This document shows, piece after piece, positions 17,075 to 25,276 of a stretch of 39,312 bases of DNA (its first letter is position 1; each line of letters starts with the position of its first letter). Where the stretch lies: IMG/VR virus record IMGVR_UViG_3300017754_002477, positions 1 through 39,312 of that record. One strand, written 5' to 3'. A program made the translations under genes and the position numbers. The DNA comes from a virus. Its lineage: Duplodnaviria; Caudoviricetes. The notes beneath the pieces are model-generated. The model had not been told where the DNA came from. It did no database searches and worked only from the letters and a program-made list of their open reading frames with translations.

Positions 17075-17350
17075 TTAGTATAACGCGACGATATCCGTCG
17101 CCGTGGTCCCCGTGGAAAGCACACGGTCAACCCGAACGGGCAGGACTTCACCAGCCTGCAGCCCCTTGAAGACGACAGCGGTATCCGAGGCGCGCCCGGC
17201 CATGTAGACCGACACGTCGCCACCCACGCCGATATACAGGGCGCGTGTGGGCACAAGGGTCAGGTTTGAACCATCGGCGGGCGTGACAGCCGCCGCGTTC
17301 CAAGCCGGGCTTTCGGGGCCAGCGGCTACGTTGTGAATTGCATCAGACAT
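17075..17350 (-). CDS. Head spike base protein, RcGTA Rcc01079 (GhsA)-like
   Basis: 'ESPA..AAAVTP.D...TRALYIGVGGDV...GEVLPVRVDRVLSTGTTATDIVALY' matches my recollection of the Rcc01079 family pattern. Confidence 0.8.
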   Translation of the reverse strand: MSDAIHNVAAGPESPAWNAAAVTPADGSNLTLVPTRALYIGVGGDVSVYMAGRASDTAVVFKGLQAGEVLPVRVDRVLSTGTTATDIVALY

Positions 17351-19265
17351 TCATTGCTCCTTGCGTGGCCGGGCGCTCTAGCCGCGCCAATTGGGCTACA
17401 GCGTCAAATTCCGCAGAGGCTTCACGCAACTGCAGGTCTTTTTCCTTGATGCCGAGTTCGCGGTCCTTCGCCTTGGCGTCCGCTTCCATCTTCATCTGCT
17501 CAGGCGACGGCCCTTGCGGCTGCGATGCCTGCTGTTTGGCCGACGCCGCCATTTCTTCAAGCGCGTCTTCTGCCTGCTTGCCGAGGTTGAATTGACGCGA
17601 GAACGCCGCGAAAATCTCAGCCACAGGGCCAGCCAACGCGGGCGCTTGCTGCACAATCGGGGTCATCGCGCCGAAGAATGCCGCCGTGCCCTGCAGGAAC
17701 TCGCCCATTTCGCCCTTGGCCCGCGACAGGTCCGCCCGGATCGTGCTGTCGGATTCAACGTCAATCCGGTAGTTATCCAGCGGCTGCGACAGCAAAGCGG
17801 CGGCCTGTTCGTCAATCTGAATCCCCGTCATCTTTGACAGGGTTTGCGGCGAAAACTTGCTGCAGATCAGTTCAGCCGAAATGACGAAAACCTCACGGGC
17901 GCACCGCTCGATTTGCTGTTGCAGCTTGCGAATGCGAAGGCTGCCCCATTGCGACTTGATCTGCTGTGCCGTGGCCGTCTCGGATGCGTTGCTTTCGCCC
18001 CGGATGATGTCCGAAATGCCCGTCACTTCGTAAATCATGGACTTCGTTTGTTCGCGGGCGGCGTAGAGTTCGCGGAGAACCTGAATAGCCTTGTCAACGG
18101 GCCACCACGCGATAGCCTTCTCAATCCCGCCCGTCGCCGCGTAGGCTTCAAGGTTGCTCAGGGTGATAAGCTGGTTGTCTTCTGCCTCGGAAAGCCGCTC
18201 AAAATCGGCGCTGTCGCCCGCCACAAAACCGCGAACCTTCAGCCCTTCGGTGATGAACCGAATGCGCTTGGTCAGCCGCTCCAATTCATCAGCAAGCGGC
18301 TTGTAAATCGTGAACGGGCACACTGGGCGACGGTCGCCTGTCGCGCTGATGGGCTGCACAGGGCGGGCGTTCGGGAAAAACCCTTTCAACCCCAACGGGT
18401 CCGGCGTGATCGACAGCACATCGCCATTTTCAGCGGTGATCATGTAGACGTTGCCGCTATGCTTACACCAGATTTCCCAGATTTCCGTATCAGCGTCGGA
18501 TTCCGGTTCAACCTCGCCTTCCGTGCCCGCAACAGCCAGAATAGCCTTGATTTCCGGGTCTTGGATGCGCTGCACTTCTTCCCAAGGGATGCGGTGACGA
18601 AACCCCACCCACGGCACATCTTGCCAGCGGTTGGCCGGGCCTTCCCGGTAATCCCGCCATGACACGCACTCATAGGCCAGACGCTCGTTTGTGATGACGA
18701 TCTGCGGTTCGCCCATCATCGGCGCGCCCGTCATCGGGTCAAGCATCGGCTGGCCAGTGAACGGGTCAACTATCGGCTGCCCCGGCAACTCCTCCTCATC
18801 AGCCTCAAACCGAACCCGGATCACGCCACGCCCCGGCAAGAGCGCGTCCTGCGTCAGTTCCTCCATTTCAATGACAAGCGCGCTGTCATCAACCTGGACG
18901 GAAATGGCGCGTTCAATGATCTGCGCTACAGTGCGAGCCGCCGCCGTGTTCGGGTCGCTTGCCCCGGTGCGGAACCGCTCACGAATGTCAGGCACAGGCG
19001 CGGAGTTGAACACCGCAGGCACCATCGTTTCGATGTTGCTGTGCAGGATGTTGAACTCATACAGCTTGCCTTCCGTTTTGTCGGAATCGTTGGCAAGGTA
19101 TGCCTTTTCGGCCTTTTCGGCTTCGTCAGTCCACGCCTTCTCGCGCTTTTCGGCAGCCTTGATCTTATCAAGCCACTTCTTGCCCATGCGCTTGAGTTCG
19201 TCGGCAGTCATGCCCTCGGGCGCGTCATCCGCGTCGACGTCGCTTTCGTCGTATTCGTCGCTCAT
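17343..19265 (-). CDS. Portal protein
   Basis: 640 aa after terL; 'YEVTGISDIIRG...ETATAQQIK', C-terminal Gln-rich barrel. Confidence 0.9.
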   Translation of the reverse strand: MSDEYDESDVDADDAPEGMTADELKRMGKKWLDKIKAAEKREKAWTDEAEKAEKAYLANDSDKTEGKLYEFNILHSNIETMVPAVFNSAPVPDIRERFRTGASDPNTAAARTVAQIIERAISVQVDDSALVIEMEELTQDALLPGRGVIRVRFEADEEELPGQPIVDPFTGQPMLDPMTGAPMMGEPQIVITNERLAYECVSWRDYREGPANRWQDVPWVGFRHRIPWEEVQRIQDPEIKAILAVAGTEGEVEPESDADTEIWEIWCKHSGNVYMITAENGDVLSITPDPLGLKGFFPNARPVQPISATGDRRPVCPFTIYKPLADELERLTKRIRFITEGLKVRGFVAGDSADFERLSEAEDNQLITLSNLEAYAATGGIEKAIAWWPVDKAIQVLRELYAAREQTKSMIYEVTGISDIIRGESNASETATAQQIKSQWGSLRIRKLQQQIERCAREVFVISAELICSKFSPQTLSKMTGIQIDEQAAALLSQPLDNYRIDVESDSTIRADLSRAKGEMGEFLQGTAAFFGAMTPIVQQAPALAGPVAEIFAAFSRQFNLGKQAEDALEEMAASAKQQASQPQGPSPEQMKMEADAKAKDRELGIKEKDLQLREASAEFDAVAQLARLERPATQGAMNV

Positions 19266-20665
19266 TCGCTGCCCCTCTTGCGACGGATCATCGCTTCGAT
19301 CTGGTCCCTGACGCCCATATTGCTCACAACCGATCCGTCAGGGCGGGCGGTGTAGATGACTTCTTTCGGCGGCGGCGGCGTTGGCTTTTCGTCCTTCACC
19401 TCGCGCCATGACAGCCCGAGGTAGCGCCACGCGGACCCGATATGTTCGGCCCAATCCTTGACTGGCGTCATGCGGAACGTCTTCAGCTCGTCGTCCCATT
19501 CGCGGCGGTATGACTTCAGCCCATCAGCCCCATGCGCCACACGCTGCGCCCGTGCGTCTTGGCCGTCATGGAACAGCGCCGCGTTGATCGCCGTGCGCCC
19601 CGCCTGCTGACCGTCCGCCACGCTAACCTTGGGAATGCGCATCGGCTTGCGGCCCAGACCGCGCAACACCTCAATTCGCGTGCGCTTCGATCCCCATTCG
19701 GTGACAAGGATGTCGTGCGGCACGTAATCATTGCCCGTGTAGCCTTGATCGGTCAGCCACTTGCACCAGTCAGCAACGTCATCGCTTTCCGGTATGTAGA
19801 AGTCGACAATGCGCAGAACGTCCTTGATGACCTGAAAACACCAGATCGGGTTGTTATGCGTGGCCCCCAAGTCCCATGCCGTATGCACGGGATAATCAGG
19901 GTCAACGTCGACATGCACCATCCGGCCTTCACGTTCGGCCTTGGCCATCTCAGCGCCGAAATAGGCACCGACCATCGCCCCGGTGAAGCTGCACAGATAC
20001 TCTTGCTCAAACAGCGCCAGACCGAAGTCGATTCCGTAGAGCGCCTGATATTCGGTTAGCGCCTCTTCAAGCTGTTCAGCCCCTAGTGCGCCCGTTTCCC
20101 TGACAGATGAAACCTCGGCGAACCAGTTGCCGTTGCCCTTCGCCATGTCATACATGGCTTTGGCGTGGTTATTGCCGCGAGGCGTCGTGATGAACGCAGC
20201 CCACCCGCCGTTCTCTTCAACCATCGGGCGGATGTATGCCCAGGCTGACGGGTTGGCCAATGCCCATTCAGAAAACACCACGCCGGCCACGCCAGCGCCG
20301 ACAAGCGCGTCATAACGATCTGACCCGACAATCTGCCATGTCGCCCCGTTGCGCAGCTTGATGAACATCTCCTGCTCGTTCACGCTTTCGCGGACAGCGG
20401 CGGGGAATGCCTCGTCAATCCGCCGCTTGCCTGTATGCGGGTTGACCGCTGCCCAGATCGCCTTGCGGGCTTGCGAATATTCCGGCAGGCAATGCCAATA
20501 GGACGCGGGTCGCTGCAGTGCCAAGTCGCGGGTAACGTTTAGCGCGACTTCATCCTTGCCCCACCGCCGATGCGCGATTTCGATCAGTCGGCGTTTCTTT
20601 AGCTGCGACCATGTTTCGTGAAAGGGCCGCTGATACCGCCTGACGCGGAATACATGCTCACTCAT
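19262..20665 (-). CDS. terL: Terminase large subunit
   Basis: Walker A HRRWGKD, Walker B VVFSE, motif III ITTPRG, nuclease AWDLG. Confidence 0.92.
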   Translation of the reverse strand: MSEHVFRVRRYQRPFHETWSQLKKRRLIEIAHRRWGKDEVALNVTRDLALQRPASYWHCLPEYSQARKAIWAAVNPHTGKRRIDEAFPAAVRESVNEQEMFIKLRNGATWQIVGSDRYDALVGAGVAGVVFSEWALANPSAWAYIRPMVEENGGWAAFITTPRGNNHAKAMYDMAKGNGNWFAEVSSVRETGALGAEQLEEALTEYQALYGIDFGLALFEQEYLCSFTGAMVGAYFGAEMAKAEREGRMVHVDVDPDYPVHTAWDLGATHNNPIWCFQVIKDVLRIVDFYIPESDDVADWCKWLTDQGYTGNDYVPHDILVTEWGSKRTRIEVLRGLGRKPMRIPKVSVADGQQAGRTAINAALFHDGQDARAQRVAHGADGLKSYRREWDDELKTFRMTPVKDWAEHIGSAWRYLGLSWREVKDEKPTPPPPKEVIYTARPDGSVVSNMGVRDQIEAMIRRKRGSE

Positions 20666-20990
20666 AAACCGTCTTGAAGGTCACGATATGTTCGCCATTA
20701 TCGCCAGCGCCTTCCAGCTTGGTCGTCTCCTTCCAGCCAGCCCGCGTTTTCATCCAGAATATCATGGCCGTGGTGTCGCCGCCCTTGGCCTTGTTGAACA
20801 GCGCCCCGCCGACAACGGCATTGGCTTGCGCAGCGGCGTGGTCCAGTTCCTGCCGATAGTGCTTGCGCAGCGTCTTAGGGTCCACGCCAACTAGGTCTGC
20901 GATAACGTCCTGCGGCGTGCCAATGGTGCTGTGAAGCTGGACAAGCTGCCGCTCGGCTGACGTGGGGGTGTGCGGGTTCTTGGACATCAT
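20658..20990 (-). CDS. terS: Terminase small subunit
   Basis: HTH 'QDVIADLVGVDPKTLRKHY', 'AMIFWMKTRAGWKE'; directly upstream of terL. Confidence 0.8.
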   Translation of the reverse strand: MMSKNPHTPTSAERQLVQLHSTIGTPQDVIADLVGVDPKTLRKHYRQELDHAAAQANAVVGGALFNKAKGGDTTAMIFWMKTRAGWKETTKLEGAGDNGEHIVTFKTVYE

Positions 20991-22234
20991 GCAGCCCGCT
21001 TGGTTTCTGCGGTCTCGTCAAACGTCAGGCCGTCGCTCTCAAGAACCGCCTTCTGCCCGGTGAAGTCCTGCCACCGCTTGACCGCCACATCGACATAGGC
21101 CGGGTTCAGTTCGATGGCGTAGCAGGCGCGGCCCGTCATTTCGGCTGCGATGATGGTTGTGCCGCTGCCCGAAAAAGGCTCATAGACCGCTTGGCCGGGG
21201 CTGCTGTTGTTCTCTATTGGGCGTTTCATGCACTCGACAGGCTTTTGCGTAGAGTGGCCCGTTTCCGACTTCTGCGGCTTGGGAATTTGCCACAGGGTTG
21301 ATTGCTTTCTGTCTCCGCCCCAATGACCCGTCGCGCCCTTACGCACGGCATACCAGCAGGGCTCGTGATGCGGATGATAATGACCGCGCCCGATAACGAA
21401 TTGATGCTTGGCCCAGATAATCTGCGCTCTGATTTCAAGCCCCGAGGAAAGCAGGCTTTCCGCCACAACGTGTGCCATATTTCCGGCATGCCAAACATAC
21501 GCAACGTCGCCGGGGAATAGGCACCAAGCCTCGCGCCAGTCCGCATTGCCGTCATTCTCTACCTTGCCAACAGCAAAAGCCCCAAAAGCCTTGCCGCCCG
21601 CACGTTTTGCCTCGTTCCTCCAGTTGGGGTCATACTCCACACCATAAGGCGGGTCCGTGACCATCAGGTGCGGCTTCACGCCAGCCAGCACCTTGTCCAC
21701 GGTGTCAACCTCAGTCGATGACCCGCAGACAATCCGATGCCGCCCCATTACCCACACATCGCCCAGAACCGTCACAGGGTCCACAGGCGCTTCCGGCACA
21801 GCGTCAGGGTCGGTCAGCCCTTCCGTCTTATCAAGGAAGCCCGCAATCTCGGTCAGGCTGAAGCCCGTCAGTTCGAGGTTGAACCCCTCACCCTGCAGAT
21901 CGCCCAATTCAATCTTGAGCATGTCGTTATCCCATCCGGCATCAAGAGCCAGACGGTTATCGGCCAGGACGTATGCCCGCTTCTGCGCCTCGGTCAGATG
22001 CGCTGCCTCGATCACGGGCAACGTTTGCAGCCCTAGCTTCTGCGCAGCCATCACGCGGCCATGACCAGCAATGATGCCGCTCGCGCCGTCGATGATAATC
22101 GGGTTCAGGAAACCAAACTCACGAATGGACGCTGCCAGTTTCGCTATCTGCGCGTCCGAGTGTGTGCGGCTATTGCGAGCGTAGGGCACCAGATCAGCGA
22201 CAGGGACGGTTTTATAGGCGGGAAATTCGTCCAT
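20987..22234 (-). CDS. ParB-like N-terminal domain + N6A/N4C DNA methyltransferase
   Basis: 'PYARNSRTH..SIREFGF..IIAGHGR'; catalytic DPPY; HSTQKP; SAM motif EPFSGSGTT. Confidence 0.9.
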   Translation of the reverse strand: MDEFPAYKTVPVADLVPYARNSRTHSDAQIAKLAASIREFGFLNPIIIDGASGIIAGHGRVMAAQKLGLQTLPVIEAAHLTEAQKRAYVLADNRLALDAGWDNDMLKIELGDLQGEGFNLELTGFSLTEIAGFLDKTEGLTDPDAVPEAPVDPVTVLGDVWVMGRHRIVCGSSTEVDTVDKVLAGVKPHLMVTDPPYGVEYDPNWRNEAKRAGGKAFGAFAVGKVENDGNADWREAWCLFPGDVAYVWHAGNMAHVVAESLLSSGLEIRAQIIWAKHQFVIGRGHYHPHHEPCWYAVRKGATGHWGGDRKQSTLWQIPKPQKSETGHSTQKPVECMKRPIENNSSPGQAVYEPFSGSGTTIIAAEMTGRACYAIELNPAYVDVAVKRWQDFTGQKAVLESDGLTFDETAETKRAA

Positions 22235-22391
22235 ATGCGCGTCATCCTGCGCTTATCGCGGGGGATGCCTCATGTGTGTGTTGGAATAGCTTACGCAGAT
22301 GGGCTGCCCGCAAGTTTTGGGAGGCAACCCGTCGCACGTCTTACGCATCGTCCGCGCTTATGTCGGCACTAGCCGCGTGGTCTTGGCGGGC

Positions 22392-22421
22392 ATTGTATAG
22401 ACAGACGTAGCTACACGTCAA
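22392..22421 (-). promoter_or_regulatory. Putative late promoter
   Basis: TTGACG-N18-TACAAT at the end of the NusG-like gene, ahead of a ~150-nt leader. Confidence 0.55.
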
Positions 22422-22986
22422 GTCGTTTCATCACGTTCGTTGCGGATGACCCTTTGACGCCCGTTATCGTTTCCCACCAGACGCGCCCGTGTGCCACGCT
22501 GAACACGTCCACCACATGGCCCGCAAATGGCCCCTCGGTCAATTCTGCCTTGTCGCCTTCACGGATGCGCAGAAGTTCGGCCTTCGCCGCTGCTAGGCGC
22601 TCTGCATCGGTTGGCAAGCCCTGCACGCGACGGATGATATCTGGCGGGATGGCGATGGGCACGCCGTTGATGCTGAACACGCCTGTAATAATCCGGCGCT
22701 CTTTCATCACGTCCCAATGCGGGGCGCGGGTGAATTTGGCGTAGACCATGCGCGTAATCATCGGCTGTTCGCGCTCAAACTTCTTACCCTTCACAAACCA
22801 GACACGTTCCTCTGACGGGTAGAACGCATATTCCCCCTCGGCCTTGATGCGTTCGCGTGTCGCCCGTTCCTTCTGCGCTGATACCTCCAGCACATGCCAG
22901 ACGGGCGGGATTTTGTCGCCCAGGATGCCCCGCTGTGGGGGCAGTTCAATTTTGTCGCCGATCATTACTCCGGTAAACCGCATCAT
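22411..22986 (-). CDS. NusG-family transcription antiterminator (late regulator)
   Basis: NGN-like 'WHVLEVSAQKE'; KOW 'IREGDKAELTEGPFAGHVVDV'; occupies the lambda Q position. Confidence 0.8.
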   Translation of the reverse strand: MMRFTGVMIGDKIELPPQRGILGDKIPPVWHVLEVSAQKERATRERIKAEGEYAFYPSEERVWFVKGKKFEREQPMITRMVYAKFTRAPHWDVMKERRIITGVFSINGVPIAIPPDIIRRVQGLPTDAERLAAAKAELLRIREGDKAELTEGPFAGHVVDVFSVAHGRVWWETITGVKGSSATNVMKRLDV

Positions 22987-23096
22987 TGCTCGTTGCCCCT
23001 GTTTTTTGGCGCTACAGCGCCCTTGTTGTGGTTTGGCTAGTCCTGCTCATATTTTCCCGTCATCGCCGCCAGTGACGCTCCCGTGGGCGCTGCGGG

Positions 23097-23690
23097 TCAT
23101 GCAGCCACCTGTTGCGCTTGTCCGCCCCATTGCGCCGCCATTGCCTGCGCCAAGCCGGGGTATGTTCTCGACCGCTCTTTCCAACGATCCGGCCCCGGTG
23201 ATGCCAGATGGCAATCGGCGCGTGCATCGGCTGCGGTCATGGTTGACGTGGGCGTGAGAGGCGGTAGCCCCTTCGTCCAAAAGCAGGTGCGCTTTTTTGC
23301 CGGGTCGCCGAATTGCCACGGTTGCACGGTGAAGTCAGGGCCGCGACCGATGATCTTGGCGGCGTAGCCGTGCATGACCGGGTTTTCGACGGCTACCATC
23401 GGCGCGTTGGCGTTCAGGCATTCCAGGAAAAACGCCGCACCTGCCTGCATGTCTGCCCAGAGGTTGCGCTCTGCCAGCCAGCGCACGCCGCTATTGCAGA
23501 GCCGGGTGCATGGCGGATGGCTTATCACAAGGTCCCAAGGCTGGCGCAGCATTTCCCGCACATCGCCTTGGATGTGGCGCGGGCTGTCATCCTCGGACGG
23601 CAGAAGGTCACATGACCAGGCGTCATGGCCTAGCGCCCGGAAGGCAGACCGGACCCGGCCTGAATACTCGCACGCGACCAAGACCCTCAT
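23097..23690 (-). CDS. Short C5-cytosine methyltransferase-like protein
   Basis: 'VLVACEYSG', 'WSCD', 'HPPCT' (catalytic PC), 'ENP'; ATGA-coupled start. Confidence 0.75.
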   Translation of the reverse strand: MRVLVACEYSGRVRSAFRALGHDAWSCDLLPSEDDSPRHIQGDVREMLRQPWDLVISHPPCTRLCNSGVRWLAERNLWADMQAGAAFFLECLNANAPMVAVENPVMHGYAAKIIGRGPDFTVQPWQFGDPAKKRTCFWTKGLPPLTPTSTMTAADARADCHLASPGPDRWKERSRTYPGLAQAMAAQWGGQAQQVAA

Positions 23691-23977
23691 GCTGCCATCC
23701 ATAGCGGCTTCCCCCCTACAATCGCCCACCCGGCGTCCGTCATCGTGGCGCGCATGTAATTCCCAAACCCGCTATCAAACACGATCAGGCGGGCCGCATC
23801 CAAAGCCAGCAAGGCCATATGCGCTTCGTGCTCTGAGGTCTTGGCGCGGCGCTTTACGGCGCTGATTGTGGCAGCCCCTAGCCCTGCCTGCGTTTCCGCT
23901 ACAGCTTTCAGGACTGCCGCGCCGGGGCCGGATAGGGCGCGTTCGCGGATCGGGGCGGGTTGCTCAATGACAATCAT
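23687..23977 (-). CDS. Hypothetical protein, possible winged helix
   Basis: Coupled ORF with helix-helix-beta-hairpin pattern. Confidence 0.6.
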   Translation of the reverse strand: MIVIEQPAPIRERALSGPGAAVLKAVAETQAGLGAATISAVKRRAKTSEHEAHMALLALDAARLIVFDSGFGNYMRATMTDAGWAIVGGKPLWMAA

Positions 23978-24258
23978 GCTTTCCCCCAGAAACGCTTTGC
24001 GGCCTCAAGGTCATCGCCTGCGCTGTGCTTCAGGTCCGCCTCGATGACGCGGGACTTGAGCGCCCGAAGGTAATGGGATGACTTGCCGCAGATGTCGGCG
24101 ACAGTGCGGGAATAGTGGCCCTTGTGGAGTTGACGCAGCGCCCAGATGTCATGCTGGTCGTTGATGCGCTCAATCGACTTTTTTCGCTTTTTGACTTTCC
24201 CGGCTGCAATGGCGGCGTCGATCATTGCGCGCATTTCGGGGGAGATTTCAGCACTCAT
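23974..24258 (-). CDS. Hypothetical protein, possible HTH
   Basis: Coupled ORF; 'YSRTVADICGKSSHYLRAL'. Confidence 0.65.
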   Translation of the reverse strand: MSAEISPEMRAMIDAAIAAGKVKKRKKSIERINDQHDIWALRQLHKGHYSRTVADICGKSSHYLRALKSRVIEADLKHSAGDDLEAAKRFWGKA

Positions 24259-24533
24259 GCGGGCCTCCGCAGGTGTTCGGGCTGCTCACCGCGCAACGAA
24301 TTGCCCGTAGCCCATTCAGCTATGGTTTTAGCGGGGAAGACGGGTGTCGGCCCCCTCCATACGGAAACCTCGCCCTCCATGCCTAAATCGGCCATCTTTC
24401 TGCACAGGATAACGATTACGTTGTGGTCACCCGTTTCCTCCACGTCGCCGCAGCGGGCGCGGTTGACCATCCGGTATTCTTGCGCGCTGCGGTTCTTGCG
24501 CACGGTGTCGAGTTCAATGCGGCGTTCAGTCAT
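24255..24533 (-). CDS. Hypothetical protein
   Basis: AAGGA SD; ATGA overlap downstream. Confidence 0.65.
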   Translation of the reverse strand: MTERRIELDTVRKNRSAQEYRMVNRARCGDVEETGDHNVIVILCRKMADLGMEGEVSVWRGPTPVFPAKTIAEWATGNSLRGEQPEHLRRPA

Positions 24534-24544
24534 GTGCGGTTTCC

Positions 24545-25120
24545 TTACCAGGGGATTTCATCGTCAAGGTCGGTTGCCTTGGCGGGGGTTATTTTGGTGA
24601 TCTTGGCGTTCGGGAAATGGTCCTTGATCGCCACGACAGTCGGGAGCGCCGATGCAGAGCGGTAGGCTTGCAGAGCGTTGGCCAATTCCTGCGGCGTGAC
24701 GAATGGCACGTCCGGGCTCTGGTCCTGCATGGCGGGCCACATGCGGGCGTCACGCAGGATTGCGAAGCGAAAGCCGTCAACGTCGAATTGCCAAAACTCG
24801 GGGCTGGCGACAGGGTGCCCCGCTTCAGTCGCCGCCCGGTCCATCGCGGCAAGTCCCTTGGCGCAGTTGGCGGCGTTCTGCCTGACGGCCTCGGGGTCAT
24901 TGGCGGCGATGGCTTGGTCCAGTGCCGCCTTTGCCCGTCCGTAGCGTTTGGCCATTTCATCCGACACCAGACCGGGCAGACGGTCCACGCCCCATTTCAG
25001 ATCAGCGGCGCGTGCAGCCTCATCAAAGGGGGCGAGCGTGTAGTGGATTTCCGTATCCACCGCCGATGCGTCGGGATTGGTCAGGCGGTCGAATTTCTGG
25101 GGGCGTTGAAAGCGGCTCAT
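24545..25120 (-). CDS. Hypothetical replication-region protein with acidic tail
   Basis: 191 aa ending in LDDEIPW (SSB-tail-like); follows the origin. Confidence 0.7.
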   Translation of the reverse strand: MSRFQRPQKFDRLTNPDASAVDTEIHYTLAPFDEAARAADLKWGVDRLPGLVSDEMAKRYGRAKAALDQAIAANDPEAVRQNAANCAKGLAAMDRAATEAGHPVASPEFWQFDVDGFRFAILRDARMWPAMQDQSPDVPFVTPQELANALQAYRSASALPTVVAIKDHFPNAKITKITPAKATDLDDEIPW

Positions 25121-25141
25121 TTGGCCACCGCGCACCGGCTA

Positions 25142-25251
25142 CCGGATACCGGATAAACCCTAAAGGGATTTATCCGTTTATCCGGGTAAGGGCCTGCGGC
25201 CTGCGGAAACCGGATAAAGGCTAATTTATCCTGATTTATCCGTTTATCCGG
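25142..25251. repeat. Putative replication origin: inverted and direct CCGGATAAA/TTTATCCG iterons
   Basis: Eight GGATA(AA) units in both orientations; 19-bp direct repeat at 25167-25185 and 25233-25251; CCCTAAAGGG-centred hairpin; next to the primase-helicase. Confidence 0.7.
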
Positions 25252-25276
25252 TGACGTGCTAAGTGTCTGATTCATA

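Noticed and set aside
19262-20665. Walker B reading VVFSE as a sign of a dead terminase
   Set aside because: The catalytic Glu and all other motifs are intact; this variant occurs in other terminases.
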